Counted from the first letter of the stretch, positions 10,563 to 19,575 are shown. The stretch is DNA of 36,397 nt from Gemmatimonadota bacterium (GCA_046758745.1 JBHIAV010000031.1:1-36397); one strand, 5' to 3'. Numbers and translations are program-made. Notes: generated by a model not told the origin, from the letters alone.

Positions 10563-10940
10563 GTGGAAGCTCACACGGGTGCGGGACGGTCGGACCGAAG
10601 CAACTGGTCGCTCGCGGAACTCGGCGCGGGCGCCTTTTTCGTGGTCTACCTCGGCTTCCAGCTCGCCTTCCCCGTGTACCGCCTGGCGGCGGGAGGATTC
10701 CAGCGCTTCGGCTGGCAGATGTTCGCTCGGGCGAACCTGCCGCCCACCTACGTGCTGATGCGCTCGGACGGAACGCAGGACACCGTGCCGCTGGGGACGC
10801 ACATCGGCAACTGGCGGGGCGACCTCGATTACTCCGGTGACCTGATATCGGAGCAGCTTTGCCGGCTCTACCCAGAGGCAGAGGAGATCGTGATCCGCAC
10901 GCGCGATGACCTTCCGGACCGGGGATACCGGTGCCGGTAG
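10563..10940 (+). CDS. Small membrane-anchored partner of the HTTM protein (SdpA/DUF5819-like)
   Basis: One TM segment followed by FGWQMFA motif and two distal Cys; overlaps the HTTM gene start. Confidence 0.6.
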   Translation: MEAHTGAGRSDRSNWSLAELGAGAFFVVYLGFQLAFPVYRLAAGGFQRFGWQMFARANLPPTYVLMRSDGTQDTVPLGTHIGNWRGDLDYSGDLISEQLCRLYPEAEEIVIRTRDDLPDRGYRCR

Positions 10941-11767
10941 TCCTCCCCTTCCCGAGCTTTCGGAGCTTCCTCGGTCGCCGGGTCGATCCTCGTCCCCTCG
11001 GCCGGGTCCGGCTTATCATCGGAGGGCTGGCCGTCGCCCGCGGAGTGGAAGCATTTCGGATCCTCCGGCTCACCCACGCCCCGGACGCGCTCCATCTCCC
11101 CCTCATCGCCTGGCTCCCGGAGCTCGATCCGGATCTGATTCCGGCCCTGATCGGGGTGTGGCTTGTTTCCGGCCTCCTGTTCACCATCGGATGGCGGGTT
11201 CGTCTTTCGGGACCTGTCCTTCTGGCAGCGATCGGCTCCACCCTGCTGTTGGACCAGCGGACGTACAGCAACCACCTGTACCTCCTGTGGCTGCTCGTGC
11301 TCCTGCTCACCGTCGGAAACGCCGGCGCGGCCGCCGCCGCCGGGAGGCGGAGGGGCGACGTGACAGTTCCGGAGTGGGCGGTGACTCTGCTGAAGATCCA
11401 GCTCAGCATCGTGTATTTCTTCTCCGCCGCGACGAAGCTGAACGTCTACTTCCTCTCCGGGTCCGTACTGTGCGGAACGATGACCGGTTGGATCGCCCTC
11501 CCGGCGAGCTGGCGTACGCCGGACGTGTGCAGCCCGCTGGCCATCCTCACCGTGCTCTTGGAGGTCTTCCTGGCCGCCGCGTTCTGGCTGGAGCGCTGGC
11601 GTCTGCTGGGGTGGATCGTGGGGATCTCCTTCCACGTGGGAATCATCGTCCTCCTCCCCGAACGGGTGAGCGTCCAACTGGTGATCTTCGCCCTGGCCAT
11701 GGTATCGCTGTACACCCTCTTCGGACCGGCGCGACGGCCCAGAGCGACGTCCCGGCAGCCCGCGTGA
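10931..11767 (+). CDS. HTTM-domain membrane protein (SdpB / vitamin-K-dependent carboxylase-like)
   Basis: LDQRTYSNHLYL, LLKIQLSIVYFFSAATKLN..FLSG, LLEVFLA, GISFHVGI motifs; multiple TMs. Confidence 0.82.
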   Translation: MPVVLPFPSFRSFLGRRVDPRPLGRVRLIIGGLAVARGVEAFRILRLTHAPDALHLPLIAWLPELDPDLIPALIGVWLVSGLLFTIGWRVRLSGPVLLAAIGSTLLLDQRTYSNHLYLLWLLVLLLTVGNAGAAAAAGRRRGDVTVPEWAVTLLKIQLSIVYFFSAATKLNVYFLSGSVLCGTMTGWIALPASWRTPDVCSPLAILTVLLEVFLAAAFWLERWRLLGWIVGISFHVGIIVLLPERVSVQLVIFALAMVSLYTLFGPARRPRATSRQPA

Positions 11768-12360
11768 GGCCCACTCCTGATGATCCACCACACGTGATCC
11801 GCGTCTTGAGCCAAGCGGGGTTCGGGTGCAGGCGGCGGAGAGCACGCCGGGCCTCGGTCCGTCCGAGGGACTCCGCGCGAGCGGCCGTGCTGGCTCTGGC
11901 CGGCGGCCTCCTCGCGGCCGGCGCATGCCGGACCGGCTCTCGGGAGCCTGCCCGCACGGCGACCGTCAAGCTGCCGGTGACGTCCGTCGCCCGCGTTCAG
12001 TACAGCGCCGTAGAGGAGAGGGAGCGGAGGGTCATTCGTGATGGCGGGACGTGGACCCGCTACTGGAGCCTTCTCACCCGTGACCTTGAGCCGCCGGGCC
12101 CGCCACCCACCGTCGACTTCGATCGGGAGATGGTGATCCTGGCGGGGATGGGACGAAGGGCGACAGGTGGCTACACGATCGCCATCGACAGCGCCTACGT
12201 GAGCGACGAGGGGCTCGTCGTGTGGGTCACTGAGACCTCGCCCGGCGCCGGCTGCGTGACGACGCAGGCCTTCACCGCTCCCGCCGCAGCCGCCCGTGTG
12301 CCGCGCCTGGACGGCCGCGTCCGCTTTACGGAGACGGCCCGCACGCGGGACTGCCAGTAG
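11764..12360 (+). CDS. PrcB C-terminal domain lipoprotein (protease complex subunit PrcB family)
   Basis: PTVDFDREMVILAGMGRRATGGYTIAI..CVTTQAFTAP pattern; lipobox-like LLAAGAC. Start uncertain (GTG 11764 overlaps the HTTM stop, or a later codon). Confidence 0.75.
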   Translation: MRPTPDDPPHVIRVLSQAGFGCRRRRARRASVRPRDSARAAVLALAGGLLAAGACRTGSREPARTATVKLPVTSVARVQYSAVEERERRVIRDGGTWTRYWSLLTRDLEPPGPPPTVDFDREMVILAGMGRRATGGYTIAIDSAYVSDEGLVVWVTETSPGAGCVTTQAFTAPAAAARVPRLDGRVRFTETARTRDCQ

Positions 12361-12448
12361 GCAGCCCTAACCCGAAGCCGGAGGCGCCACGGGAAGCCCC
12401 ACCCCTCGGCGCGACGCCGGGCGCCCGCCGGAGCTGGTGGCTATCGCC

Positions 12449-15400
12449 CTACAGCGTCTCCACGTTCAGCCTGCCCGACGCATTCGGCTGTTCGTTCGTC
12501 GTCCACGGGTCGAGCCGGTTCACGATCGCTTGCTCCACCTGCGCCGGGGTAGCGTTCGGCTGGCTCTGCAGGAATAGGATCGCCGCACCCGACACGTGCG
12601 GCGTGGCCATCGAGGTTCCGCTGATGGTGTTGAATCCCCCGTTCAGCCACGTCGACTTAATGCCGATTCCCGGCGCCGCGACCGTTACCGCGTTGCCGAA
12701 GTTGCAGTTCCCGTCGGCATCGCTCGCGTTGCTGGCAGTCACCGTCATGGTCCCGTTGACCCGCCGGTTGTCCCCGTCGCTGCCGTTGGAGGCGTTGATC
12801 GCGTCGTCGCCCGTGCGCGCGGGAGACAGGAACTTGGCGTCGTCCGGGATGAGGCACGCGCCGAGCAGCCCGTTGCCGGCAGCCACCGCGACGATCACGC
12901 CCGCGTTTACCGTCCGGCGGATCGCCGTGTCCATGATGTCGCTCACAGGCCCCGCCAGGCTGAGGTTCGCGACCATCGGCTGACTGGGATCGGCCAGCTT
13001 GCGCGCCGTGACCTCGTCGACGCCGGCGATGATATCGTCGAACGAGCAGGACCCGTCATCCGAGCAGACGCGGAAGCCGAACACCGGGGCTCCGGGTGCC
13101 ACGCCGACCACGCCGCCGTTCCCGTCACGCGCCGCGGCGCTCCCCGCCGTGTGGGTGCCGTGTCCGTTCCCGTCCTCCCCCGTCGCGCCGGGCTCGGCCA
13201 CGACGAAGTTACGGATCTCAACCACGTTCAGATCCGGGTGGTCGCTGTCCACGCCGGAGTCGAGTCCGAAGTACCAGACCCGCAGCTCGCAGCCCGGCCG
13301 CTGGTTCGCCTTCCAGGACAGGTTCAAATGGGCCTTCACCTTGCTGATGTTCCACAGCTCCGTCAGGTCGTCGTGGTTCCCGGTGTCAACGCACTCTCCG
13401 GGATTCGCCGCCTCTGTGGTAGCGCACGAGATGTTCGTGTAACCGGAGTTCCCACCCGCGTTGAACGCCCGCACCTGGTAGCAGTACTCCGTCTCCGGGA
13501 TCAGCCCCACGTCCGAGTACGTCGTCACGTCCGCCCCTACCTGCGCGATCTCGGCGAACGTCCCCGTCTGCCCCAGCCGCCGCTCGATGGCGAACCCGTC
13601 CTCGTCCACCGAGTTGTCCATCCACACGAGATCGATCCCCCCCGACCCCACCACCGTCGCTACCAGACCGCTCGGCGCCGTGGGGGGAGGTGGGGGGGTG
13701 GGGGGGGTGGGGGCGGCGCCCCGACCCCGTACGTCTCGATCAGCGATCCCACGATCTGGTCCCGCTCCGCGTCCGTGACCTTCCGATCGTAGAACAGCAG
13801 CTCCGCAATCTGTCCGTCGAACCGCGACACCGTGCTCGGCTCCGTCATCCCCACCAGATATCGGTCGAACGGCCCGCGCATGTCGCTCCCCACCACCGCC
13901 GTCGCCTGGTCCACCCCGTCCACCTGAAAGTCGATCGCCACCGACCCCTCGATCCGCCACACCGCTACGTGCACCTCCCCCGCCTGCACGCGGAAGCCAG
14001 AGCTCTTCCACCCGTTCGTTGGGTCCCAGTACGCGATCGGACCCCCCGAACCCAGGTCCCGCTGCGTCACGAAACCCGCCCGGCTCGTCGAACTCCCGTA
14101 CGGCGCGAAGATCCCGTAGTTGTGCGAACCCACATCCTCCTGGCTGAACACCGCGATCAGCGTCCCCGAACCGTGCGAGGCCACCCCCGTGATCTCCAGC
14201 ACCTCGTCGTCGTCCGCTCCCTCGTTGAACCCCACGTGCCCGTGCCCACCGAAGTCCACCGCCCCCGCATGGAACGTCGGGCGCCGGTTCCCCTTCTCCT
14301 GCACCGCACCACCCTCGCTCCCACGGTTCGGCCAGCTCGCCACCCGACCCCCGTCCCCCACCAGCGGCTCCAGATCGTCCGCCACCAGGTGCACCCGCAG
14401 CCCCTCCGTCGGCACCGGCCCCGGCGGGGGCGGGGGCGGCGCCGCCTCCGTGGTAGCGCACGAGATGTTCGTGTAACCGGAGTTCCCACCCGCGTTGAAC
14501 GCCCGCACCTGGTAGCAGTACTCCGTCTCCGGGATCAGCCCCACGTCCGAGTACGTCGTCACGTCCGCCCCTACCTGCGCGATCTCGGCGAACGTCCCCG
14601 TCTGCCCCAGCCGCCGCTCGATGGCGAACCCGTCCTCGTCCACCGAGTTGTCCATCCACACGAGATCGATCCCCCCCGACCCCACCACCGTCGCTACCAG
14701 ACCGCTCGGCGCCGTGGGGGGAGGTGGGGGGGTGGGGGGGGTGGGGGCGGCGCCCCGACCCCGTACGTCTCGATCAGCGATCCCACGATCTGGTCCCGCT
14801 CCGCGTCCGTGACCTTCCGATCGTAGAACAGCAGCTCCGCAATCTGTCCGTCGAACCGCGACACCGTGCTCGGCTCCGTCATCCCCACCAGATATCGGTC
14901 GAACGGCCCGCGCATGTCGCTCCCCACCACCGCCGTCGCCTGGTCCACCCCGTCCACCTGAAAGTCGATCGCCACCGACCCCTCGATCCGCCACACCGCT
15001 ACGTGCACCTCCCCCGCCTGCACGCGGAAGCCAGAGCTCTTCCACCCGTTCGTTGGGTCCCAGTACGCGATCGGACCCCCCGAACCCAGGTCCCGCTGCG
15101 TCACGAAACCCGCCCGGCTCGTCGAACTCCCGTACGGCGCGAAGATCCCGTAGTTGTGCGAACCCACATCCTCCTGGCTGAACACCGCGATCAGCGTCCC
15201 CGAACCGTGCGAGGCCACCCCCGTGATCTCCAGCACCTCGTCGTCGTCCGCTCCCTCGTTGAACCCCACGTGCCCGTGCCCACCGAAGTCCACCGCCCCC
15301 GCATGGAACGTCGGGCGCCGGTTCCCCTTCTCCTGCACCGCACCACCCTCGCTCCCACGGTTCGGCCAGCTCGCCACCCGACCCCCGTCCCCCACCAGCG

Positions 15401-15848
15401 GCTCCAGATCGTCCGCCACCAGGTGCACCCGCAGCCCCTCCGTCGGCACCACTTCGGTCGCATCCGAACGGGCCGCGGTCCCTTCCAGATGGACAACCCA
15501 GTTCGGCTCGATCGTCTGGATCAGCGGGTGCTTCTGGAGCGCCGACATCGCGGCTTCGGGAATGACCGCCGAGAATCCCCGGATGGCGTGTCGATACACA
15601 TGTCGGAGCCGGAGCCCGTGGCTCGACGCCAGACTGCGCGCGACATCCCGCGGGTTCTTCACGTCGTCCCGAAACATGATGATGTACTGGTCCGGCCCGG
15701 TGGTGGCCGGGCGGCGGGACGGAACGGTGACGCGGCCGGCCTTCGGCGCAGGAACGTCCTCGGGCTCAGGCGTGACGGGGTTGTCCCCACAGCTCGCGAG
15801 CAGAGAAGCTCCGGCCAACACGGACGCCCACCTACGCGGACCGGACAT
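12449..15848 (-). CDS. Lipoprotein subtilase (peptidase S8): I9 propeptide - [LamG-like - polyPro - FN3]x2 - S8; two apparent 1-nt frameshifts
   Basis: AAGGAG RBS and LLASC lipobox; I9 (YIIMF..HVYRHAIRGFSA..IEPN); FN3 (APSGL..LVWMDNS..YCYQVRAFN); intact triad DSGVD / HGTHTAG / GTSMATPH. Three ORF-track pieces join if one C is added to the C7 run in each repeat copy. Confidence 0.85.
13406..14416. repeat. Direct repeat copy 1 (~1011 bp; FN3 + polyPro + LamG-like)
   Basis: Matches 14440-15450 at offset 1034; only mismatch noticed by eye is 13415 T vs 14449 C. Confidence 0.95.
14440..15450. repeat. Direct repeat copy 2 (~1011 bp)
   Basis: Near-identical to 13406-14416; separated from it by a unique 23-bp Pro-coding linker (14417-14439). 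Confidence 0.95.
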
Positions 15849-16127
15849 CAGGCTGATCTCCTTCTTCGAGTTCGTTCGAGTTCGGCGATCCGGGCGGGGA
15901 TGACGGCGGTAGGCGGTGGGAGGCCGGGAGACGACCGGTCGGGTGAGTGTTGGATCCGTGCAACAGGTCATGTCGTGTCTCCCCATCCGACCGGGGTAGG
16001 CGAACCCCGCAGCCCGTCGATGTGGAAAAACCTACACACGCCCCGAAGAAGGAGCGAGCCCCGGCGTCGCCGGTTCTCCAGGATGTTCGAGGATAAGCCG
16101 TGTGCGGCCGCACTCGGCGTGAAGGGC

Positions 16128-16143
16128 TGCAGATCCCGTGCCC
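16128..16143 (-). promoter_or_regulatory. Possible sigma54 -24/-12 element for the subtilase gene
   Basis: Minus strand GGGCACGGGATCTGCA (GG-N10-GC) versus consensus TGGCAC-N5-TTGCA; about 280 nt upstream of the start. Confidence 0.35.
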
Positions 16144-16195
16144 TCGGGCACTATACCCGCGGGCGTGGAAACACGTGCGGCCTGGGCGCCCTGCC

Positions 16196-17803
16196 CTACC
16201 GCAGTGAACCGAGCTCGGGAGTGCCGGGAGCAACGGCCTCGGACGTCCTTCCATCGATCCGGGTGAAGCGATACGGAATCGCCCAAGCCGACCAGTAGGT
16301 GCGATCCTCCAATGGAGGAAGGTCCGCGCCAAAATAATGAGCCAGAACGAGCCGTATGGCGTTCACCGGAGTGATCGAGTCGTACATCCTGGAGGCCGCA
16401 CCTCCCGGCAGGTGATATGCAGCGAAGATCTCCGTACGGTCCCTTATCTGCGATGCATCGGCCTCCTCCAGCCGCGTTGGCTGCCCGAAGGGGAAGCGTC
16501 CGAACCCGTGATCCGCTTGCAGGAGGATGACCGGCGGACTCGGACTCGCTGCCAGAAGCCGGTCCACCAGCGCCGAGACCTTCCGATTCACGCAACGCAC
16601 CTGGTCGACGTAGCCCTGACGTAGCAGCCGATCGGCTCTCCGGTCGATCCTCCCCGGCCAGTAGGAATCATCCCTCGGAGTGCAGTCAGCCCGGTAGATG
16701 AGTGGCTCGTGCGGAACGAGGAAATGCGCGAATACGAACTTCGGTCCCGGCAGTCGGGCAGCTTCGGCGAGCAGCTCGAACTTTCTCGATACCTGGTGGG
16801 TGGTCTCAGGGTCGAACGGCAGGGCCCGCGCGCCGCATCGCAGAAGAAGGCATGCAACGGCCGCGATAGGGCGCATGGCGGTACCGCTCGCCCATACCCG
16901 CTGAAACTCTCCGACTTGCCAGGAGGGGATATGGAGGTCCGCATGCCGGTTCCGGCTAAGCGCAGGGTAGGCGCTCCGAACGAAGACGAAGCGGTACCCG
17001 CGGTCCTTCAGGTAACGAACCGTTCGGTTGTCTTCCAGCCTGCGATAGCCTATCGAACGGTCCCGACTGTCCTCTCCGAACGTCGCAGGGATGTCGTCCA
17101 GGTACTCCCAGTTCAGCGCCGAGGAGAGCGACAGGAACGTCGACACGTAGTTGGCGTGGCTACGCTCGGGGACGTAGAAGCCGCGGCGTCGCAGAAACCC
17201 TTCGAACGCGCTGTTGTCGAAGCCGTAGTCGGTGGCCAGGGTGCGGTGACCCGTGTACGCATCGAGGACGATGAGGTATATGTCGGGCTCCTCCGCTTCG
17301 GCGTCACCGCCGACGTCCGCAGCCATCCACGAGCCGTCCGGCCCCGCCCGGGCCCGGTGGAGGAAGGCCACCCCGATCGACGCGACCGGGAAGCCGAGTA
17401 GCACGGCGCTGGCAATGTTGAGGAAGCGGGAGACGCTGGCCAGGTCCCGTCGCGCCCGAACGATCAGGACTCCCGCCGCGATGAGGACGCCACCCAGGAT
17501 CGCGAAACCCAGGAGATCCCGCATCTCGGCCGGCTGAAGCGCGAGAGCCTCGAGCCGGCGGCCGACGACGCCGTATCCGACGAAGCACACCACGAGAACT
17601 AGAGAGAAGAGCGCCCGGCGGTGCGGGTCGCGCGTAGCGAGGCCCGCGAGGAGCCAGCCCGTCAGCGCTACGGCAAGCGCGATCAGCAGGGGAAGCCACA
17701 CATCCGCGAGGCGGATCGCCTCGTGCAGGTTCTTGGCGACAAGCGCGAGAACGGCATACGCAGCCGCAAGGAGGGGATATACCGGCACCGGCGTCCGGTT
17801 CAA
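16196..17803 (-). CDS. Membrane-anchored alkaline-phosphatase-superfamily enzyme (LtaS/sulfatase-like hydrolase/transferase)
   Basis: About 5 N-terminal TMs; PDIYLIVLDAY, NYVSTFLSLSS (Thr/Ser nucleophile position, no CxPxR), HFLVPHEP, QADHG. TTGA overlap with the upstream gene. Confidence 0.82.
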   Translation of the reverse strand: MNRTPVPVYPLLAAAYAVLALVAKNLHEAIRLADVWLPLLIALAVALTGWLLAGLATRDPHRRALFSLVLVVCFVGYGVVGRRLEALALQPAEMRDLLGFAILGGVLIAAGVLIVRARRDLASVSRFLNIASAVLLGFPVASIGVAFLHRARAGPDGSWMAADVGGDAEAEEPDIYLIVLDAYTGHRTLATDYGFDNSAFEGFLRRRGFYVPERSHANYVSTFLSLSSALNWEYLDDIPATFGEDSRDRSIGYRRLEDNRTVRYLKDRGYRFVFVRSAYPALSRNRHADLHIPSWQVGEFQRVWASGTAMRPIAAVACLLLRCGARALPFDPETTHQVSRKFELLAEAARLPGPKFVFAHFLVPHEPLIYRADCTPRDDSYWPGRIDRRADRLLRQGYVDQVRCVNRKVSALVDRLLAASPSPPVILLQADHGFGRFPFGQPTRLEEADASQIRDRTEIFAAYHLPGGAASRMYDSITPVNAIRLVLAHYFGADLPPLEDRTYWSAWAIPYRFTRIDGRTSEAVAPGTPELGSLR

Positions 17804-19191
17804 GAGATTCCCCGCTCGATCCGCTTCATCAGGTATACCTCGCGCTCCGTACCCTCGATTCGCTCGCGCGCCTCAATCCGGTACCACCTTCCGAACTCCC
17901 GCTCGAACACCTCGCCGCGATAGTCCCCGAATATGTCCTTCCGGCTGAGCAGAAGCCGCCGGACCCGGGGGTCGCTCTTCGGTACGAACTCGATGATCAA
18001 CCACGGGGCGAGGGTGGACAGCCATTCAGCGATGCGCCCGATCGGGACGTTGTTCGAGATCGCCAGGTGATGGAGCAGGGCCAGCGCGAGGACGGCGCCC
18101 GCCGGTCCCCTGCCGGCAAGCGACTCACGCTCCGCACCAGCCCAGCCAAGGGCCGGGCTCGGGTTGGTCACGTCGAGGACCAGCGGAAGGACCCTTCCCT
18201 CGCCCTCCGAGCGGAGGACTCGGTACATGCGGTCGACCACCACGGCGTCCATGTCCATAGACACGACGCGCGCTCCCTGAGCCGCCGCGATTCGACTGAA
18301 CGCTCCAACGTTCGCACCGAGGTCCCACACACTCTCGGGAGAGATCCGGCGGAGTAGCCTGTCGACGATTCGCCGCTTCTCCTGCATTGCGGCGCCGTAG
18401 CCGTGCTCCTGCTCGTAGCCCGTCCACTCGGTAGCTCGCCGCGAAAGCGTGAGCCCGCGAACGGTGTTCCTGAGGCTTTCGACCAAAGCCACGAGTCGCT
18501 GTCGAGTCAGGGTCGACGCGCGATGTGAACGCTCAACAGATATACGGGCGTGTCGGCGCAGGCTCCTGGCGTGAAGATGGACGTGCAGGAGTCGGGACGG
18601 TCGAAGCCGCGAGGTCCACGGGAGCAGTTCGGTCGCCAGCTCGAGCGGCACGCCATCGAGGTAGAGCGCAGAGAGCCTGCCGAGGCGCGGGTCGACCGTG
18701 CCGGCGAGCAGGAGAGGCGCCAGGAAATGCTGGCAAAACTGCCGGTACGCGATCCAGGGAGATCCCTCCTCATACACCTCGAACGACAGCGTATCGATGA
18801 GGATCGGCTGTAGATCGATGAACTGCACGTTGAAGGCGCTGGCGTCTTTCAGGACCATCCCCCGCTCGAGGGCGCGCAGCTGGACCTCCAGGGTCAGCAG
18901 GGCGGCATCCCGAAGCTGGCTGAAGGACCATTCGTACGGAAAGGAGACGAACGGTACGCGCTCGGGCTCCAACACCCGATACGCCTTCTCGGTGAGAGCC
19001 TCTTCCAGCGGTCGCTCCACATGCCGAACGAGCAGACCATCGGCGGAGAGCTCTGCGTAAAGACCACTGTCGATGAGGTGATCGAAATGCGGTCGATAGG
19101 CTTCGTTGACCTGGCGGAAGAGGCCACCAGCCCGATGGAAGATGAATCCGCTTGGATCGCGGAACGATGCGCCGGATGCCTCCGCGCTCAC
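17800..19191 (-). CDS. NoeA-like protein: N-terminal kinase-like region + C-terminal class I SAM-dependent methyltransferase
   Basis: SFRDPSG, SFPYEWSF, LKDASAFN..LIDTLSFE, YRQFCQHFLAPL; VWDLGANVGAFS SAM motif I; ALALLHHLAI. Start GTG 19191 (GTGA overlap) preferred; ATG 19245 possible. Confidence 0.85.
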   Translation of the reverse strand: MSAEASGASFRDPSGFIFHRAGGLFRQVNEAYRPHFDHLIDSGLYAELSADGLLVRHVERPLEEALTEKAYRVLEPERVPFVSFPYEWSFSQLRDAALLTLEVQLRALERGMVLKDASAFNVQFIDLQPILIDTLSFEVYEEGSPWIAYRQFCQHFLAPLLLAGTVDPRLGRLSALYLDGVPLELATELLPWTSRLRPSRLLHVHLHARSLRRHARISVERSHRASTLTRQRLVALVESLRNTVRGLTLSRRATEWTGYEQEHGYGAAMQEKRRIVDRLLRRISPESVWDLGANVGAFSRIAAAQGARVVSMDMDAVVVDRMYRVLRSEGEGRVLPLVLDVTNPSPALGWAGAERESLAGRGPAGAVLALALLHHLAISNNVPIGRIAEWLSTLAPWLIIEFVPKSDPRVRRLLLSRKDIFGDYRGEVFEREFGRWYRIEARERIEGTEREVYLMKRIERGIS

Positions 19192-19427
19192 CGCCGCACG
19201 AGACGACCCCACACGTGGGAGACGAGCGCGGTTACTCGCAGCCATGGCCGCTTCAACGTAATGCCGGCGGCCACCACCGCGGCAGTCACGACCTGGATTA
19301 CGAGGCTCCCCGAGAGTGGGTCAATGTAGCCGTACGCCTCACGGGGCGTCACGACCCCTAGCAGACAAAGCAGGCCGAAGACGCGCAGGACGCTCCCGCA
19401 GGTGCGATTACCAGGATTCAGTGACAT
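19188..19427 (-). CDS. Small (79 aa) membrane protein with AYGYIDPLSGS motif
   Basis: Signal-like N-terminus, YIDPxSGS motif, TM helix and basic tail; stop overlaps the GTG of the NoeA-like gene. Confidence 0.7.
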   Translation of the reverse strand: MSLNPGNRTCGSVLRVFGLLCLLGVVTPREAYGYIDPLSGSLVIQVVTAAVVAAGITLKRPWLRVTALVSHVWGRLVRR

Positions 19428-19559
19428 CGTCTTACCCCAGCCGGCCGAACCACCGACCGCCTCGCGAGTGGTCGATCGCCTGTCCGACGCGATGCGCGAC
19501 TCATACTCGCGCGTTTCGCTTCCGAGTTTGTCTCCCCGGGATCGGGCTCGCCCGATGTG

Positions 19560-19575
19560 TGCAAGCAGCATGCCG
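19560..19575 (-). promoter_or_regulatory. Putative sigma54 promoter of the small peptide/NoeA-like/LtaS-like operon
   Basis: Minus strand CGGCATGCTGCTTGCA = GGCAY-N5-TTGCA, about 130 nt upstream of ATG 19427. Confidence 0.55.

Noticed and set aside
10906-11763. N-terminal part of the 484-aa ORF
   Set aside because: Overlaps the HTTM gene; only the C-terminal PrcB-like part looks protein-like.
13406-15450. Repeat interpreted as an IS element, CRISPR array or DGR template/variable repeat
   Set aside because: No transposase, terminal inverted repeats, spacers, reverse transcriptase or adenine-specific mismatches; the unit encodes protein domains within one gene.
15864-15883. TTCGAGTTCG x2 micro-repeat upstream of the subtilase RBS
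   Set aside because: Too short to support any function.
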